The translations under genes were made by a program, and so were the position numbers. Below the pieces are notes generated by a model. The model searched no databases and was not told the origin of the DNA. It worked only from the letters and a program-made list of their open reading frames with translations. A stretch of 63,811 bases of DNA, the filler included, from Chiloscyllium plagiosum (Eukaryota), in NCBI RefSeq assembly GCF_004010195.1. It is 4 parts of one record of this genome, joined end to end, with 100 filler letters (N's around TTAATTAATTAA, not from the genome) between each part and the next. Parts side by side here need not be neighbours in the genome. Positions count along the whole stretch, not along the records: positions 26,206 to 50,584 come from NC_057713.1; positions 50,685 to 57,960 come from NC_057713.1; 2 more parts are not named here. One strand, 5' to 3'. Of the stretch, positions 42,270-54,380 are shown piece by piece. Numbering within the stretch: position 1 is the first letter of the stretch; the number at the start of each line of letters is the position of its first letter.

Positions 42270-43156
42270 TCCCGCAAATCTTGGCTGTCTGTAGAAGTCA
42301 AGTGATTAACTTTCCATTTGTAAAATGTTACATGACCTGCTGAATATTTCCAGCATTCTCTGTTTGCATTTCAGACTTTCAGCATCTACAGTATTTTGCC
42401 ATTTGATCATTTACATTATAAAATGGTCAGGTTACAAAGTATATGGACAGATACCATCAAATGATCGTCATAGCTTGTAGTAAATGTATAAAATGTATTT
42501 ATGACTGCAAGTAGAATTTGATGTATGTTTCAATCTAACAAGATGCACTAATTCATCAGGCAACTTTTGTTTTTTACTATATGTTGCAACAAGTCTATTA
42601 TTAAGTGGATAACTAATATTAGAACAAGGGGCGTAGTAGTTAATGAGGGTTAGCAGACTCTTTGTGCATCTCTGGAACTCAAATCCACCTACACCAGTAC
42701 AATGGACGTCACGTAAAGGGTGCACAGATAATAGGTCTTGACAGCTTCAACCCAATTCCAAGTATACATCTTACCACAGGACAAAGTGTCCATAATGCAG
42801 TACAAATTGACTCTAATGGAGTTAATTACCTCTATGCTTTGCTGTACCTATTAATGCTGCCCGAATGTACAGTAAATTAGTAAGGTGTCATTAATGGGGT
42901 TTATGCTACAATTTGCTCACTTTTACTCCTGAGAATAGCAGGTACAGTACTTCCGAAGATAGACAGACTTCATTGTGCTCTGGATTTTAGACACCTAGGA
43001 ATTTTAGTCACGGCATTGGTGAATTTTTGTGCAACAGCAGTACTTATTGTCAAAACCAATACTGTTCCATAATTATCTATTGCATTTCATAGATTTGAGG
43101 AACATTGTGTTTCTACAATTCATTCACAGGATGGGGCTGTCACTAAGCTAGGTTAG

Positions 43157-43398
43157 GTAAAAACAAGGACTGCAAATGCTGGAAATCAGAGTCTAGATTA
43201 GAGTGGTGCTGGAAAAACACAGCAGGTCAGGCAGCATCCGGAGTGGATAGGTGGAAAGGAAGATTGACAAGTAGGACAGGTCATGGGGATGGTGCTGAGC
43301 TGGAAGGTTGGAGCTGGGGTGAGGTGGGGAGAGGGGAAATGAGGAAATTGGTGAAATCCACATTGATGTCATGGGGTTGAAGTGTTCTGAGGCTGAAG
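43157..43398 (-). mobile_element. PLE fragment with 12-bp TSD
   Basis: AAGCTAGGTTAG at 43145-43156 and 43399-43410. Confidence 0.8.
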
Positions 43399-45296
43399 AA
43401 GCTAGGTTAGCCTTAATTGCCCGGTGCTAATTCCCGAATGCTGTGAGTCTGGTGTCACATAAATGGTCAAACCAGACCAGGATGACAGATTTCCATCCTA
43501 AAGGGCAGTACTGAACCAGATGATTATTTTATTGACAATTGTTCTCAGACTAGCTTTTAATTCTTGCTTGTTATTAAATTTAAATTTCATTGTGGCAGGA
43601 TTTGAACCCATGTGCCTACAACATCAGCCTTACTGTCCTTGGTTATCAGTACTGTGATGTTCTGATGATGCCATCACAACCATTACCCTTTATTGGTGTC
43701 AAAGGAAGAACAAATATGTACATTAAGGCAAAAGTCTATTTTTCAGTTGTGACAGGTTATCAATGTTATTTGTGTTCACATTTGGAAATATATCATAAAG
43801 CTGCTTGGCCCTGCACTCCCACAAGAACCTGTGAGCAATATTATTTATCTCTTCGTTAGCCTCCACATCTTCACCCAACTATGTGAGACTCACCCTGATA
43901 TCTGCTGGAATTCAGTACAGCTCTCTGTTTTTGAGCTGGTGTGTTCCAAACTGGATGTTGACATATGAGTTGCTGAAGTAGGAGACAAGGTCTTTCCTTT
44001 ACTTCCCCTTGAGCTTTGAGCTTTGTTGTTGAAATTGAAAATGACAGATGATGCACTGAAGTAGATTATTTTACATCTTAGAGCAGCCCAGAGAGGTATT
44101 ACAATAGCTGAGAAACACTTCAATAAAGCTGAGTGAAGTGCAAGCCACTGGCACAAAGAACATCTGTGCATTATCATTTCTTATGCAGCCAGCATTGTCA
44201 ACTCTATCAACATCAACATCCCAAAGGCAATGAACATTCTCCTGACCAAAAGACCTTTTGTGATGTCCATCTTTTTGCATCTCCAGTCTCTGCATGTGGT
44301 GTATATTGATTGCAAATTTCTTCTGTGAGGAAAACAATAACCAAATTGATGTGTCACAGTACTTTTTAAAAGTGGACATGCTGTGCAGCGTTTATGGAAT
44401 TTATGTTTGAGGGATTGCAGAGGTAAACTTCTTCAGAAAATTGGTGTAGTTTCCAGACTTCTGTAAGACAATGATTTGTGCACAATTGTGGTGAAAATAT
44501 CACTCTCGTGTTCACAGGGTTCGAACAAGTAAATATTTTATTTGAGGAAATGCAAGTGTGCAGGTTTCAGTCAATCTAAGAGTTTCACTCAGCTATGCAA
44601 AGCCTACAGTGTATTCAAAGTACTCAAACGTCTGCTGTTCCATAACTTGGTTTTACAGTTTCTCAACATATTGCCCATCTGTCATCCTGTGATGATTTCA
44701 CTTAAAAAACACAAATAATATTGCCTTCCCTATTGTCTCCTTATTGTCCTTCCTTTTTGATCATTGGTTAAGTTAATCTGACACAGGCAGGACATTCCCT
44801 GAAATCTTGTTCACCGATAACATTGTAATAATTTAACTATGTATAAACGATATGACTTTATGTCAAATGTTAATATAGTATTTTAATATTAATATAAAAT
44901 AAATAAAATTATATTTTTGGAATATTCTTTTCTGCACATAACAAACCTAATGTATAACTTCCTATTACCTTTTCCTATTGACTCCTCACAATGCAAATGT
45001 GAAAACAAATCAGGTTTCTGTGTGATAAAATTGATTGGTTTTATAGTTCGAAAATATATAAATGACTCCTGTGAAAGAATAGGGTAATTTAACTTTTGAA
45101 AGAGTCCAACTGATCTGTTTAGAGCCAAATGTCATATTAATGGATGAACTTTGGAAATATGGGTTAGAATTGACTTAAGGAACACTCATTTCAGAAATTC
45201 AGGAGAATGAAAATGCCTAAGCAAATCATCTTTGAAGCTAGTTTGATCGCAACTTGCATTATTCTTGCTAAAAGTGTTGGCTTGATTCTATCCAGA

Positions 45297-45724
45297 AGGT
45301 GAAAGTGAGGACTGCAGATGCTGGAGATCAGAGTCAAGATTAAAGTGGTGCTGGAAAAGCGCAGCAGATGGGGCAACATCTGAGGAGCAGGAAAATCAAC
45401 ATTTCGGGCAAAAGCCCTTCATCAGGAATGAGACAGGGAGCCTCTGGGGTGAAGAGATAAATGGTAGGGGGGGTGGGGTTGGGGAGAAGGTAGCTAAGAA
45501 TGCAATAGGTAGATGGAGGTGGGGATGAAGATGATAGGTCAGAGAGGAGGGTGGAGCGAATTGGTGGGAAGGATGATTGACAGGTAGGACAAGTCATGAA
45601 GATGGTGCTGAGCTAGAAGGTTGGAACTGGGGTGAGGTGGGGGGAGGGAAAATGAGGAAACTGGTGAAGTCCACATTGATGCCCTGGGGTTGAAGTGTTC
45701 CAAGACGGAAGATGAGGCATTCTT
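45297..45724 (-). mobile_element. PLE family A 3' end and pseudo-LTR
   Basis: ECLIFRLGTLQPQGINVDF (GIY-YIG C-terminus); degenerate hammerhead at about 45395-45428. Confidence 0.85.
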
Positions 45725-47458
45725 GAGATGATTCCCTCGTAATTTCACAGTTCGATAAAAGAGTACAATGGAGATGTAGGCAGTGAGCTAAAGGCTCAGG
45801 CCAACACACGGGGGGCATTGATTTAAGTTGCACTATGATGGAGTTCAACTACAAATTGTAAAAAATGGCAAATTGAAAGGCAGTCTGAGTAAAAGTCATG
45901 TGTCACAAGGTTAATTTAACTTTATGAGGTAGTAACAAGGAGGATTGATGAGGCTCATTCAGTGAATATTGTCTCTGTGGATTTGGTAACTGCATTTGAC
46001 AAGATTCCACACAACAGACTACTCAGAAAAATTAAAGACTATAAGATACATGGGGATGTAGAGAGTTGTTTCAGTGTCAGGGAACAAAGGATAATGGTTG
46101 ACAGATACTTTTGCAAGTGGAAAGCAATTTCCAATGGTGTTGTTCCAAAGGGCTCAGTTTTGGATGTTTGTAGCTTGTATTAATGCTTTAGCTGTTTTAA
46201 ATCAAAACATTGCTGTCAGAGGTGCTCCCATCCACTACCAACTTGGCAAAATCACTTTGCAACTCATTATCTGGCCCTCCATGCACATGAACTGAGAACT
46301 GTGAATTTCCTAAGCTTACAACAAAGTTACAATGAAAATTCCATTGTTATATCATCAACAGTACTATTTGTATTTGAAATAACAAAATTTGCAAAGGCGA
46401 TTCACAGGAATACTACAAACAAACTTTGATACCCAGTCACATGAGGAAAGGTTCAGGTAGAGATTTGGTGAAAGAGATAGGTTTTAAGGAACATTATAAA
46501 GGAGGGAAGAGAGATAGAAAGGAGAGATTTAGGGAGAAAACTCCAGAGTTTAGAGTTTCAGTCGCTGAAACAGAAGTCACACTGTTTACTCATATTCTGC
46601 AAAGTCTCAATCTTAGACTTCAGGCAAGTCGCTGTGCAAAATATTAAATGGGAAAAGTTTGCGGGCTGGTGTTGTTGTATTAATGTCACAGGACAAGTAA
46701 TGAGCATGTGACATATTGGGAGTGCTCCTACTTCAGGGCCAGAAAGTTCAAGTTCTACCTGCCATGCAACTATGTCATAATATGTCTGTACCGGTTGATT
46801 AAAAACATATTTTTTAAAAGGGTAAGAGTAAGCCAAACAAATAATAAACACAGTCCATTACCCTGCTGCAGAAATCTTAGTGTCATTATCATGGTCGTGA
46901 GTGTGATGCTTGAAAAGCACAACAAGTCAGACAGCATCCAAGGAGCAGGAGAATCAATGTTCCAGGCATCAGCCCTTCATCAAAAAGGGCTTATGTCATT
47001 ATCATGGGTCAACTAATACATTTTACAAATATATTGATCAGTACCAAGCTACAAAGGGGATAAAACATTAGATCGATATTAATGTCTATTAGGGGTATTA
47101 TGGTTTCCTACCACAGTCTAAAGATGTAGGTTATGTGGATTAGTGATAGGAAATGCAGGGTTACAGCAATAGGGTAGATCTGGACTCAAAGTTGATATGG
47201 ACTCAATGGGCCAAACAGCATGGTTCCACATTAAAGGGATTCTATGAATAGATAAGGGGGAGGGGGAAGAATCAATTTCTCAGCTTATTTATGGATCTCA
47301 GAAGGAATAGCCTGGGACAGGTAATTTTTCTCAGTCTTTTTCTACCAACAGAGATGAGAGGTTATTATCCCAGGCAAAGAAAGAAGAAGGTAACATAATG
47401 ATATGCTTTTCACATTCAGTCACAAGATGTGGGTATCACTGGCTGTGTGCATTTATTG

Positions 47459-48642
47459 AGGAGAAAGTGAGGACTGCAGATGCTGGAGATCAGAGCTGAA
47501 AATGTGTTGCTGGAAAAGCGCAACAGGTCAGGCAGCATCCAGGGAACAGGAGAATCGACGTTTCGGGCATAAGCCCTTCTTCAGGAATGAGGAAAATTTG
47601 TCCAGCAGGCTAAGATAAAAGGTAGAGAGGAGGGACTTGGGGGAGGGGCGTCGGAAATGTGATAGGTAGAAAGAGGTNNNNNNNNNNNNNNNNNNNNNNN
47701 NNNNNNNNNNNNNNNNNNNNNNNNNNNNNNNNNNNNNNNNNNNNNNNNNNNNNNNNNNNNNNNNNNNNNNNNNNNNNNNNNNNNNNNNNNNNNNNNNNNN
47801 NNNNNNNNNNNNNNNNNNNNNNNNNNNNNNNNNNNNNNNNNNNNNNNNNNNNNNNNNNNNNNNNNNNNNNNNNNNNNNNNNNNNNNNNNNNNNNNNNNNN
47901 NNNNNNNNNNNNNNNNNNNNNNNNNNNNNNNNNNNNNNNNNNNNNNNNNNNNNNNNNNNNNNNNNNNNNNNNNNNNNNNNNNNNNNNNNNNNNNNNNNNN
48001 NNNNNNNNNNNNNNNNNNNNNNNNNNNNNNNNNNNNNNNNNNNNNNNNNNNNNNNNNNNNNNNNNNNNNNNNNNNNNNNNNNNNNNNNNNNNNNNNNNNN
48101 NNNNNNNNNNNNNNNNNNNNNNNNNNNNNNNNNNNNNNNNNNNNNNNNNNNNNNNNNNNNNNNNNNNNNNNNNNNNNNNNNNNNNNNNNNNNNNNNNNNN
48201 NNNNNNNNNNNNNNNNNNNNNNNNNNNNNNNNNNNNNNNNNNNNNNNNNNNNNNNNNNNNNNNNNNNNNNNNNNNNNNNNNNNNNNNNNNNNNNNNNNNN
48301 NNNNNNNNNNNNNNNNNNNNNNNNNNNNNNNNNNNNNNNNNNNNNNNNNNNNNNNNNNNNNNNNNNNNNNNNNNNNNNNNNNNNNNNNNNNNNNNNNNNN
48401 NNNNNNNNNNNNNNNNNNNNNNNNNNNNNNNNNNNNNNNNNNNNNNNNNNNNNNNNNNNNNNNNNNNNNNNNNNNNNNNNNNNNNNNNNNNNNNNNNNNN
48501 NNNNNNNNNNNNNNNNNNNNNNNNNNNNNNNNNNNNNNNNNNNNNNNNNNNNNNNNNNNGAAGGGCTTATGCCCGAAACGTCGATTCTCCTGTTCCCTGG
48601 ATGCTGCCTGACCTGCTGCGCTTTTCCAGCAACACATTTTCA
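47459..48642. mobile_element. Young PLE family A insertion with inverted pseudo-LTRs, interior unsequenced, 17-bp TSD
   Basis: GCTGTGTGCATTTATTG at 47442-47458 and 48643-48659; intact minus-strand hammerhead at 47553-47588. Confidence 0.88.
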
Positions 48643-49395
48643 GCTGTGTGCATTTATTGTCCATCACTGGTCGCCATTGAACTAAGTGGCTTGGTTGGCC
48701 ACTTCAGAGGGCACTTCAGAGTCAACTACATTCCTATGGGCCTGGAGTCACATGTTGGCCAGACCAAGTGAGGATGGCATATTACTTTCCCTGAATCAGG
48801 TCAGTAATGGTCATCATTAATTCCAGATACTTTTCCCCCAATTGAATTTAAATTCTATCATCTCCTATGGCAAGATTTGAACCCAGTTACCTGGAACATT
48901 ATCTGAATTTTGGGATTATTCGTGTAGCAATAGTACCACTAGGCCATCGCTCGCCTGCTCTATCTGAGAAAAAGTATGCACATGACTGACACAAATCATG
49001 TAAATTAATTAAAATTCATGGAGGATTATCTCACTCACATATTGATTAGTGGAATGTAGCAGAGATACATTTGTTCAACAATAATATTTGTTTTGCATTT
49101 AATATAATGTCGGATGTTTATTAACTTACTTCACTCTGTTGAGTCATATTTACATACACTTGCTGGCAATATTAACTCTTTTTTTTCCTATCTTATTGTG
49201 CTCTGAACTTCATCTATTCCTTCCCTTTCTAATTCCTTTCTACATGGAAAATATGGATATGTCCTCCTACTCAGGCTGTTCTGGTCTTAAACTAGCAATG
49301 AGACTGTTTAGGAGAACACTGGATGATAATTTTTTCCCTGTAAATTTCTTGCCCTCTCTTAAGAAAACAATTTCCACTGGTCCTCATAAGTAGCA

Positions 49396-50584
49396 AATCT
49401 AAGAATGGAAGCTCATTAAGAGAAGCTAAGACCATGTAGTTTCACAAAGCTACACCATTAGCATGGAGAAAGTATAATTATTAATCAATGCTTGTACATT
49501 ATTTCCTATGCTACAGTTTTAATATTTCTGAACAGCTGAATTAACTCCATGGAGGTTGATATCCTGTCACCAAGTCACCCTTTATTTACTGGTGGAGAAT
49601 CCTTCACACTGATTCAGCTCCCTGAGAACCAGCTCTCAGAGTGAACAGAACCTCTGACACTCCTGTTTTTTTTTGCTTTTTTTTTACAAATCTTTCTATT
49701 TCCTATGCTACAGTTTTAATATTTCTGAACAGTCTCCTGAGGGGTATCTTGATCACAATTTTTCCAAAATTCAAATTAGCTTTCTGAAAAACAAGACTAC
49801 ATTTGATGAAGTATGGTATCAAGAGCCCCAACAAACCTAGAATCAATAGGAATCTGGGGCAATCTCTCCCTTGTTGTTACACCTAGCACAAAGGAATTTG
49901 GTTATGGCTGTTGGAGACTAGTCATCTCAGCTAAGGAATCTCTGCAAGAGTTCATCAGGGTAGCTGAATTAACTGGGGAGAAAGTGAGGTCTGCAGATGC
50001 TGGAGATCAGAGCTGGAAATGTGTTGCTGGAAAAGCGCAGCAGGTCAGGCAGCATCCAGGGAACAGGAGAATCGACGTTTCGGGCAAAGCCCTTCTTCAG
50101 GAATCTAAGAATGGAAGCTCATTAAGAGAAGCTAAGACCATGTAGTTTCACAAAGCTACACCATTAGCATGGAGAAAGTATAATTATTAATCAATGCTTG
50201 TACATTATTTCCTATGCTACAGTTTTAATATTTCTGAACAGTCTCCTGAGGGGTATCTTGATCACAATTTTTCCAAAATTCAAATTAGCTTTCTGAAAAA
50301 CAAGACTACATTTGATGAAGTATGGTATCAAGAGCCCCAACAAACCTAGAATCAATAGGAATCTGGGGCAATCTCTCCCTTGTTGTTACACCTAGCACAA
50401 AGGAATTTGGTTATGGCTGTTGGAGACTAGTCATCTCAGCTAAGGAATCTCTGCAAGAGTTCATCAGGGTAGCTGAATTAACTGGGGAGAAAGTGAGGTC
50501 TGCAGATGCTGGAGATCAGAGCTGGAAATGTGTTGCTGGAAAAGCGCAGCAGGTCAGGCAGCATCCAGGGAACAGGAGAATCGA
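49396..50584. repeat. 509-bp-period tandem duplication (unique DNA plus PLE pseudo-LTR) beside a scaffold join
   Basis: ORFs at 49813 and 50322 are identical; 49396-49535 recurs at about 50102-50241; intact hammerhead at 50070-50104 (minus). Confidence 0.85.
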
Positions 50585-50684
50585 NNNNNNNNNNNNNNNN
50601 NNNNNNNNNNNNNNNNNNNNNNNNNNNNTTAATTAATTAANNNNNNNNNNNNNNNNNNNNNNNNNNNNNNNNNNNNNNNNNNNN

Positions 50685-51360
50685 GTACCCCGTTCTTGTG
50701 AGGGCATCCTTGAGTACTTCCAGGTGTCCGTCACGTTCCTCCTCATCTGAGCAGATCCGGTGTATGCATAGGGCTTGTCCATAGGGAATTCTCTGTCTAT
50801 GACCACTTCTAAACATCAGGTCATAGACAGAGAACACAGGGGGCTAACACCTTCAACATATTGTCTAGCTGTCACTATTGTTAACAGCTAACCCGAGAAT
50901 GCAACTTTAAAGAAGGTTTTGTGATTTACACATGAAAGAAGTGAAACTATCACTGTATTCTAACAGATGAAAGGCTTAACAGACAATCAATTTTTCAATG
51001 TATAATTTCAGTTACATCACACTTTAAATTTTTGCTATAAATTCTGTGTTAGGATTGAGCCCTCCACTATCACCTGATGAAGGAGAGGCACTCTGAAAGC
51101 TAGTGTGCTTCCAATTAAACCTGTTGGACTATAACCTGGTGTTGTGTGATTTTTAACTTTGTACACCCCAGTCCAACAGCGGCATCTCCAAATCCTGAAT
51201 AAATCTGTGTTAGGATTGAGCCCTCCACTATCACCTGATGAAGGAGAGGCACTCTGAAAGCTAGTGTGCTTCCAATTAAACCTGTTGGACTATAACCTGG
51301 TGTTGTGTGATTTTTAACTTTGTACACCCCAATCCAACAGCGGCATCTCCAAATCCTGAA
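50685..51360. mobile_element. PLE family C: minus-strand RT C-terminal fragment plus plus-strand pseudo-LTR with a 161-nt tandem repeat
   Basis: IPYGQALCIHRICSDEEERD on minus strand; two near-identical units at about 51038-51198 and 51199-51359. Confidence 0.8.
51071..51105 (+). ncRNA. Minimal hammerhead ribozyme (family C); second copy at 51232-51266
   Basis: cac-CUGAUGA-a-GGAG-aggca-CUCU-GAAAG-CUA-gug: stem I cac/gug, stem II with a G-U pair, palindromic AGCU stem III. Confidence 0.72.
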
Positions 51361-51577
51361 TAAAGTAGTGAAATAGATTGAAGAGCAAATCAACAGTACT
51401 CAATCATTCACAATCCCATGAAGAGGAAACCAACAAATGGAAATTCTTCCCCACACAGCCACCTTTTTTAGCACACTCAGAGTTAAACCTTGGAAAGCAA
51501 AAAAGAAAAACATGCAAAATTCTGAAGACACTTCTGGATATGAGTGAATGAGGAACCCCTCCATTAATCCTAGGGTA

Positions 51578-51896
51578 TGATGTGGAGGTGCTGGTGTTGG
51601 ACTGGGGTGGACAAAGTTAAAAATCACACAACACCAGGTTATAGTCCAACAGATTTAGTTGGAAGTACAAGCTAGCTACCTGATGAAGGAATAGCACTTC
51701 AAAAGCTTGTACTTTCAAATAAACCTTTTGGACTACAAACTGATGACATGAACATGGATAGCAGTGAGTTGAGGGCTGCGTAGGTTAAATTACTATATTT
51801 TACATTTGGATTCAACCTTGGCACAACATTGTGGGCCAAAGGACCTGTTCTGTGCTATATGTTTCTATGCTCAATGGTGTTGTGTGATTTTCAACC
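51578..51896. mobile_element. Fold-back PLE family C insertion with 13-bp TSD, containing a nested CR1 3' tail
   Basis: TAATCCTAGGGTA at 51565-51577 and 51897-51909; CR1 tail at about 51746-51874. Confidence 0.8.
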
Positions 51897-52079
51897 TAAT
51901 CCTAGGGTAGGTCTTCCTCATCCTGTAGGTATCAGTTACACACTTGTTTTAGCAAGAAGCTGTTCTTGTGCAGATAAGAACATCTCAGATAGTCTATCAA
52001 GAAGTAATAGTGCACTATCATTAAGAACAAAACACATGTCTGGATCAGGATCAATAAAACATTCCTGCATAACATTCCT

Positions 52080-52669
52080 GGGGTAGCAGTCTTTCTGTTG
52101 GGCTGGCAGAAACTTTGTGATATTTTCTTTCTCTGAGGCTGTTAGTGCATGAGTACTAATTGTCTGGCTTTCAGCTCAGCAGGAATGGGCTTCCGAAGTC
52201 CAGAAACAACAGCTGGGCATTCAGAATATGGACATTCAGATTTAAACCTAGCCAAGTGACTGGAGTGACCAGATGATGAAGGATAAAGTCTATCTGTTTT
52301 AAAAAGACCATATGAATTTTGTTGCCGAGCCTGTCATGAATGAGTGCCCAGCATCCACAATTCTTTGTTTCATGTTAATGGGTGCTTGCTTTCCTAAGAT
52401 AATCTTTTCCAACTTTAAACAATGATTTCTGTTCTCTGTCTCTCGAGTTTCTTTTTCAAATCTCATCACTCATTGATTCACAGTGACCATCGAATTCTGA
52501 ATATTTCACTTAAAGATGATCTTTTTCCGCTATTAAAGAATTTTCTCTTGTGCAAATATATTTAGAGGGGTAGCAGTCTTTCTGTTGGGCTGGCAGAAAC
52601 TTTGTGATATTTTCTTTCTCTGAGGCTGTTAGTGCATGAGTACTAATTGTCTGGCTTTCAGCTCAGCAG
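52080..52669. repeat. 103-bp exact dispersed duplication
   Basis: 52080-52182 equals 52567-52669. Confidence 0.9.
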
Positions 52670-52929
52670 CACCTTTCAAAGTTAGACTTCAAGCTCCCAC
52701 TGATACTCAACTTGAAATATTGCCACAGTGTCCTTTTAAATCTGGTTAGTTGTGCCAGCTGTGTGCAGTTAATCCAGTCAGGTACCTCACTGTTCTGGAT
52801 CTGGTTGAGGTTGTGTCTTAGCTGGCCTCACAAATGCATGACACAGTTGTCTTTTTCGAACCTTTGCAATATGATTTTGTTTTCCCTATCAATCAATTGA
52901 TCAACACAATTTTAGGCTTTACATTATTG

Positions 52930-53932
52930 CATAAAGACAAAGGCAGAAATAGCCCTGTCGATCCTGCAAGATCCTCCTTGCTAACATCAGGGAGCTAGTG
53001 CCAAAATTGGGAGAGGTGTCTCATGGCCTAGTCAAGCAACAGCCTGACATAGTCATCCTTACAGAATCATATCTTAGAATGTCCCAGACACCACCGTCAC
53101 TATCTCTGAATACACCCTGTTCCATTGGCATGACCAACTAAGCAAAGATGGTGGCACAGTGGCATACAGTCGAGAGGGAGGTGACCTCAACATAGACCCC
53201 AGACCCCATGAAATCTCGTGGCTTTAGATTAAACATAGGCAAGAAAATCTTCTGCTGATTGCCACGTACTGTCCTGCCTCAGTTGATGAATTAGAATTCC
53301 TCCATGTTGAACACCACTGGGAGGAAGCACTGTGGATGGCAAAGGCAGAAAATACACTCTGGAGGATGGATTTCAAGGTCCACCATCAAGAGTGGTTCAG
53401 CAGCAATACCACCGATCAAGCTGGTTGAGTTCTAAAGGATATAGCTGCTAGACTGGGTCAGAGGCAAGTGGTGAGGGAACCAACAAGAGGAAAAATCTGA
53501 TCCTTACCAATCTGCCAGCTGCAGATGCATCTGTCAATGACAACATAGGTAAGAGTGAATACTGCACAGTCCTTGTGGAGACCAAGTCTGCCTTCACATT
53601 GAGAATACTCTCCATCATATTGTGTGACATTAACACCATGTTAAATGGCACAGATCTCAGATCTAGCAACTCAAGACTGCATCCATGAGGTGCTGTGGGC
53701 CCTGTAACCGCATGGCCTAGCATATCCCCCACTTACCCATTACCATCAAGCCAGGGACTTAACCCTGGTTCAATGGGGAGTGCAAGAGGGCATAACTGGA
53801 GCCACTGCCACTCCCCCAGCCAAACTGTTCCGGCAGAGTTACAACATTGGTATCTCTCTGACAATGTGGAAAACTGCCAGGTATGTCCTGTACATAAAAA
53901 GCAGGACAAGTCCAACCCAGTCAACTACCACC
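52930..53932 (+). mobile_element. CR1/L2-clade LINE ORF2 remnant (endonuclease to pre-RT), cut by the ERV LTR
   Basis: QPDIVILTESY-like APE motif; QVCPVHKKQDKSNPVNY immediately before the LTR. Confidence 0.75.
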
Positions 53933-54380
53933 TGTAGGACTTTGGCTTAATCTACCAGCTTACTTTCCTCTATGTGTGAGCCGAGTCCTGCGTGTTCTTT
54001 AAATGAAGCAATAGGAGAAGATATTCGGTCTCAAACTCTGAGTTTATTTTAGCAGTAAGTGGACAAAGTATACAGAGCTCTGGGTCTAGACATTTCTGTC
54101 CCTGACAAACAACAAAGTGTGTTAGTTCACAAAGTACGACCTATTCCTGTCCCTGACCCAGTCTTTTATACAATACAAAACATCATGCTATCACTGAGAT
54201 GGGATTGTCTTCTGGTTGGCTGTTGATCTGACTCCATTCTCCGCCTTCTCGCGTTCCCGGATGTCCGACCCCACGTGACCTTCGCCCGCGAAACAGAACA
54301 CCACGTGACCTCCTCGTGCGCGCGAAACAGATACATCATCAAAGGCTTCCGAATGCCTCGCACCAAGCCATATATTTACA
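53933..54380 (-). mobile_element. ERV 3' LTR, 448 bp
   Basis: Minus strand TGTAAATA...GTCCTACA (TG...CA); TATAAAAG at 54163-54170; AATAAA at about 54043-54048; preceded by PPT AAAAGGGGGACT (54381-54392). Confidence 0.88.
54271..54331 (-). promoter_or_regulatory. Duplicated U3 enhancer module: E2F-like site plus E-box
   Basis: TTTCGCGC and TTTCGCGG each followed by GGTCACGTGG, about 100-160 nt upstream of the TATA box. Confidence 0.6.
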
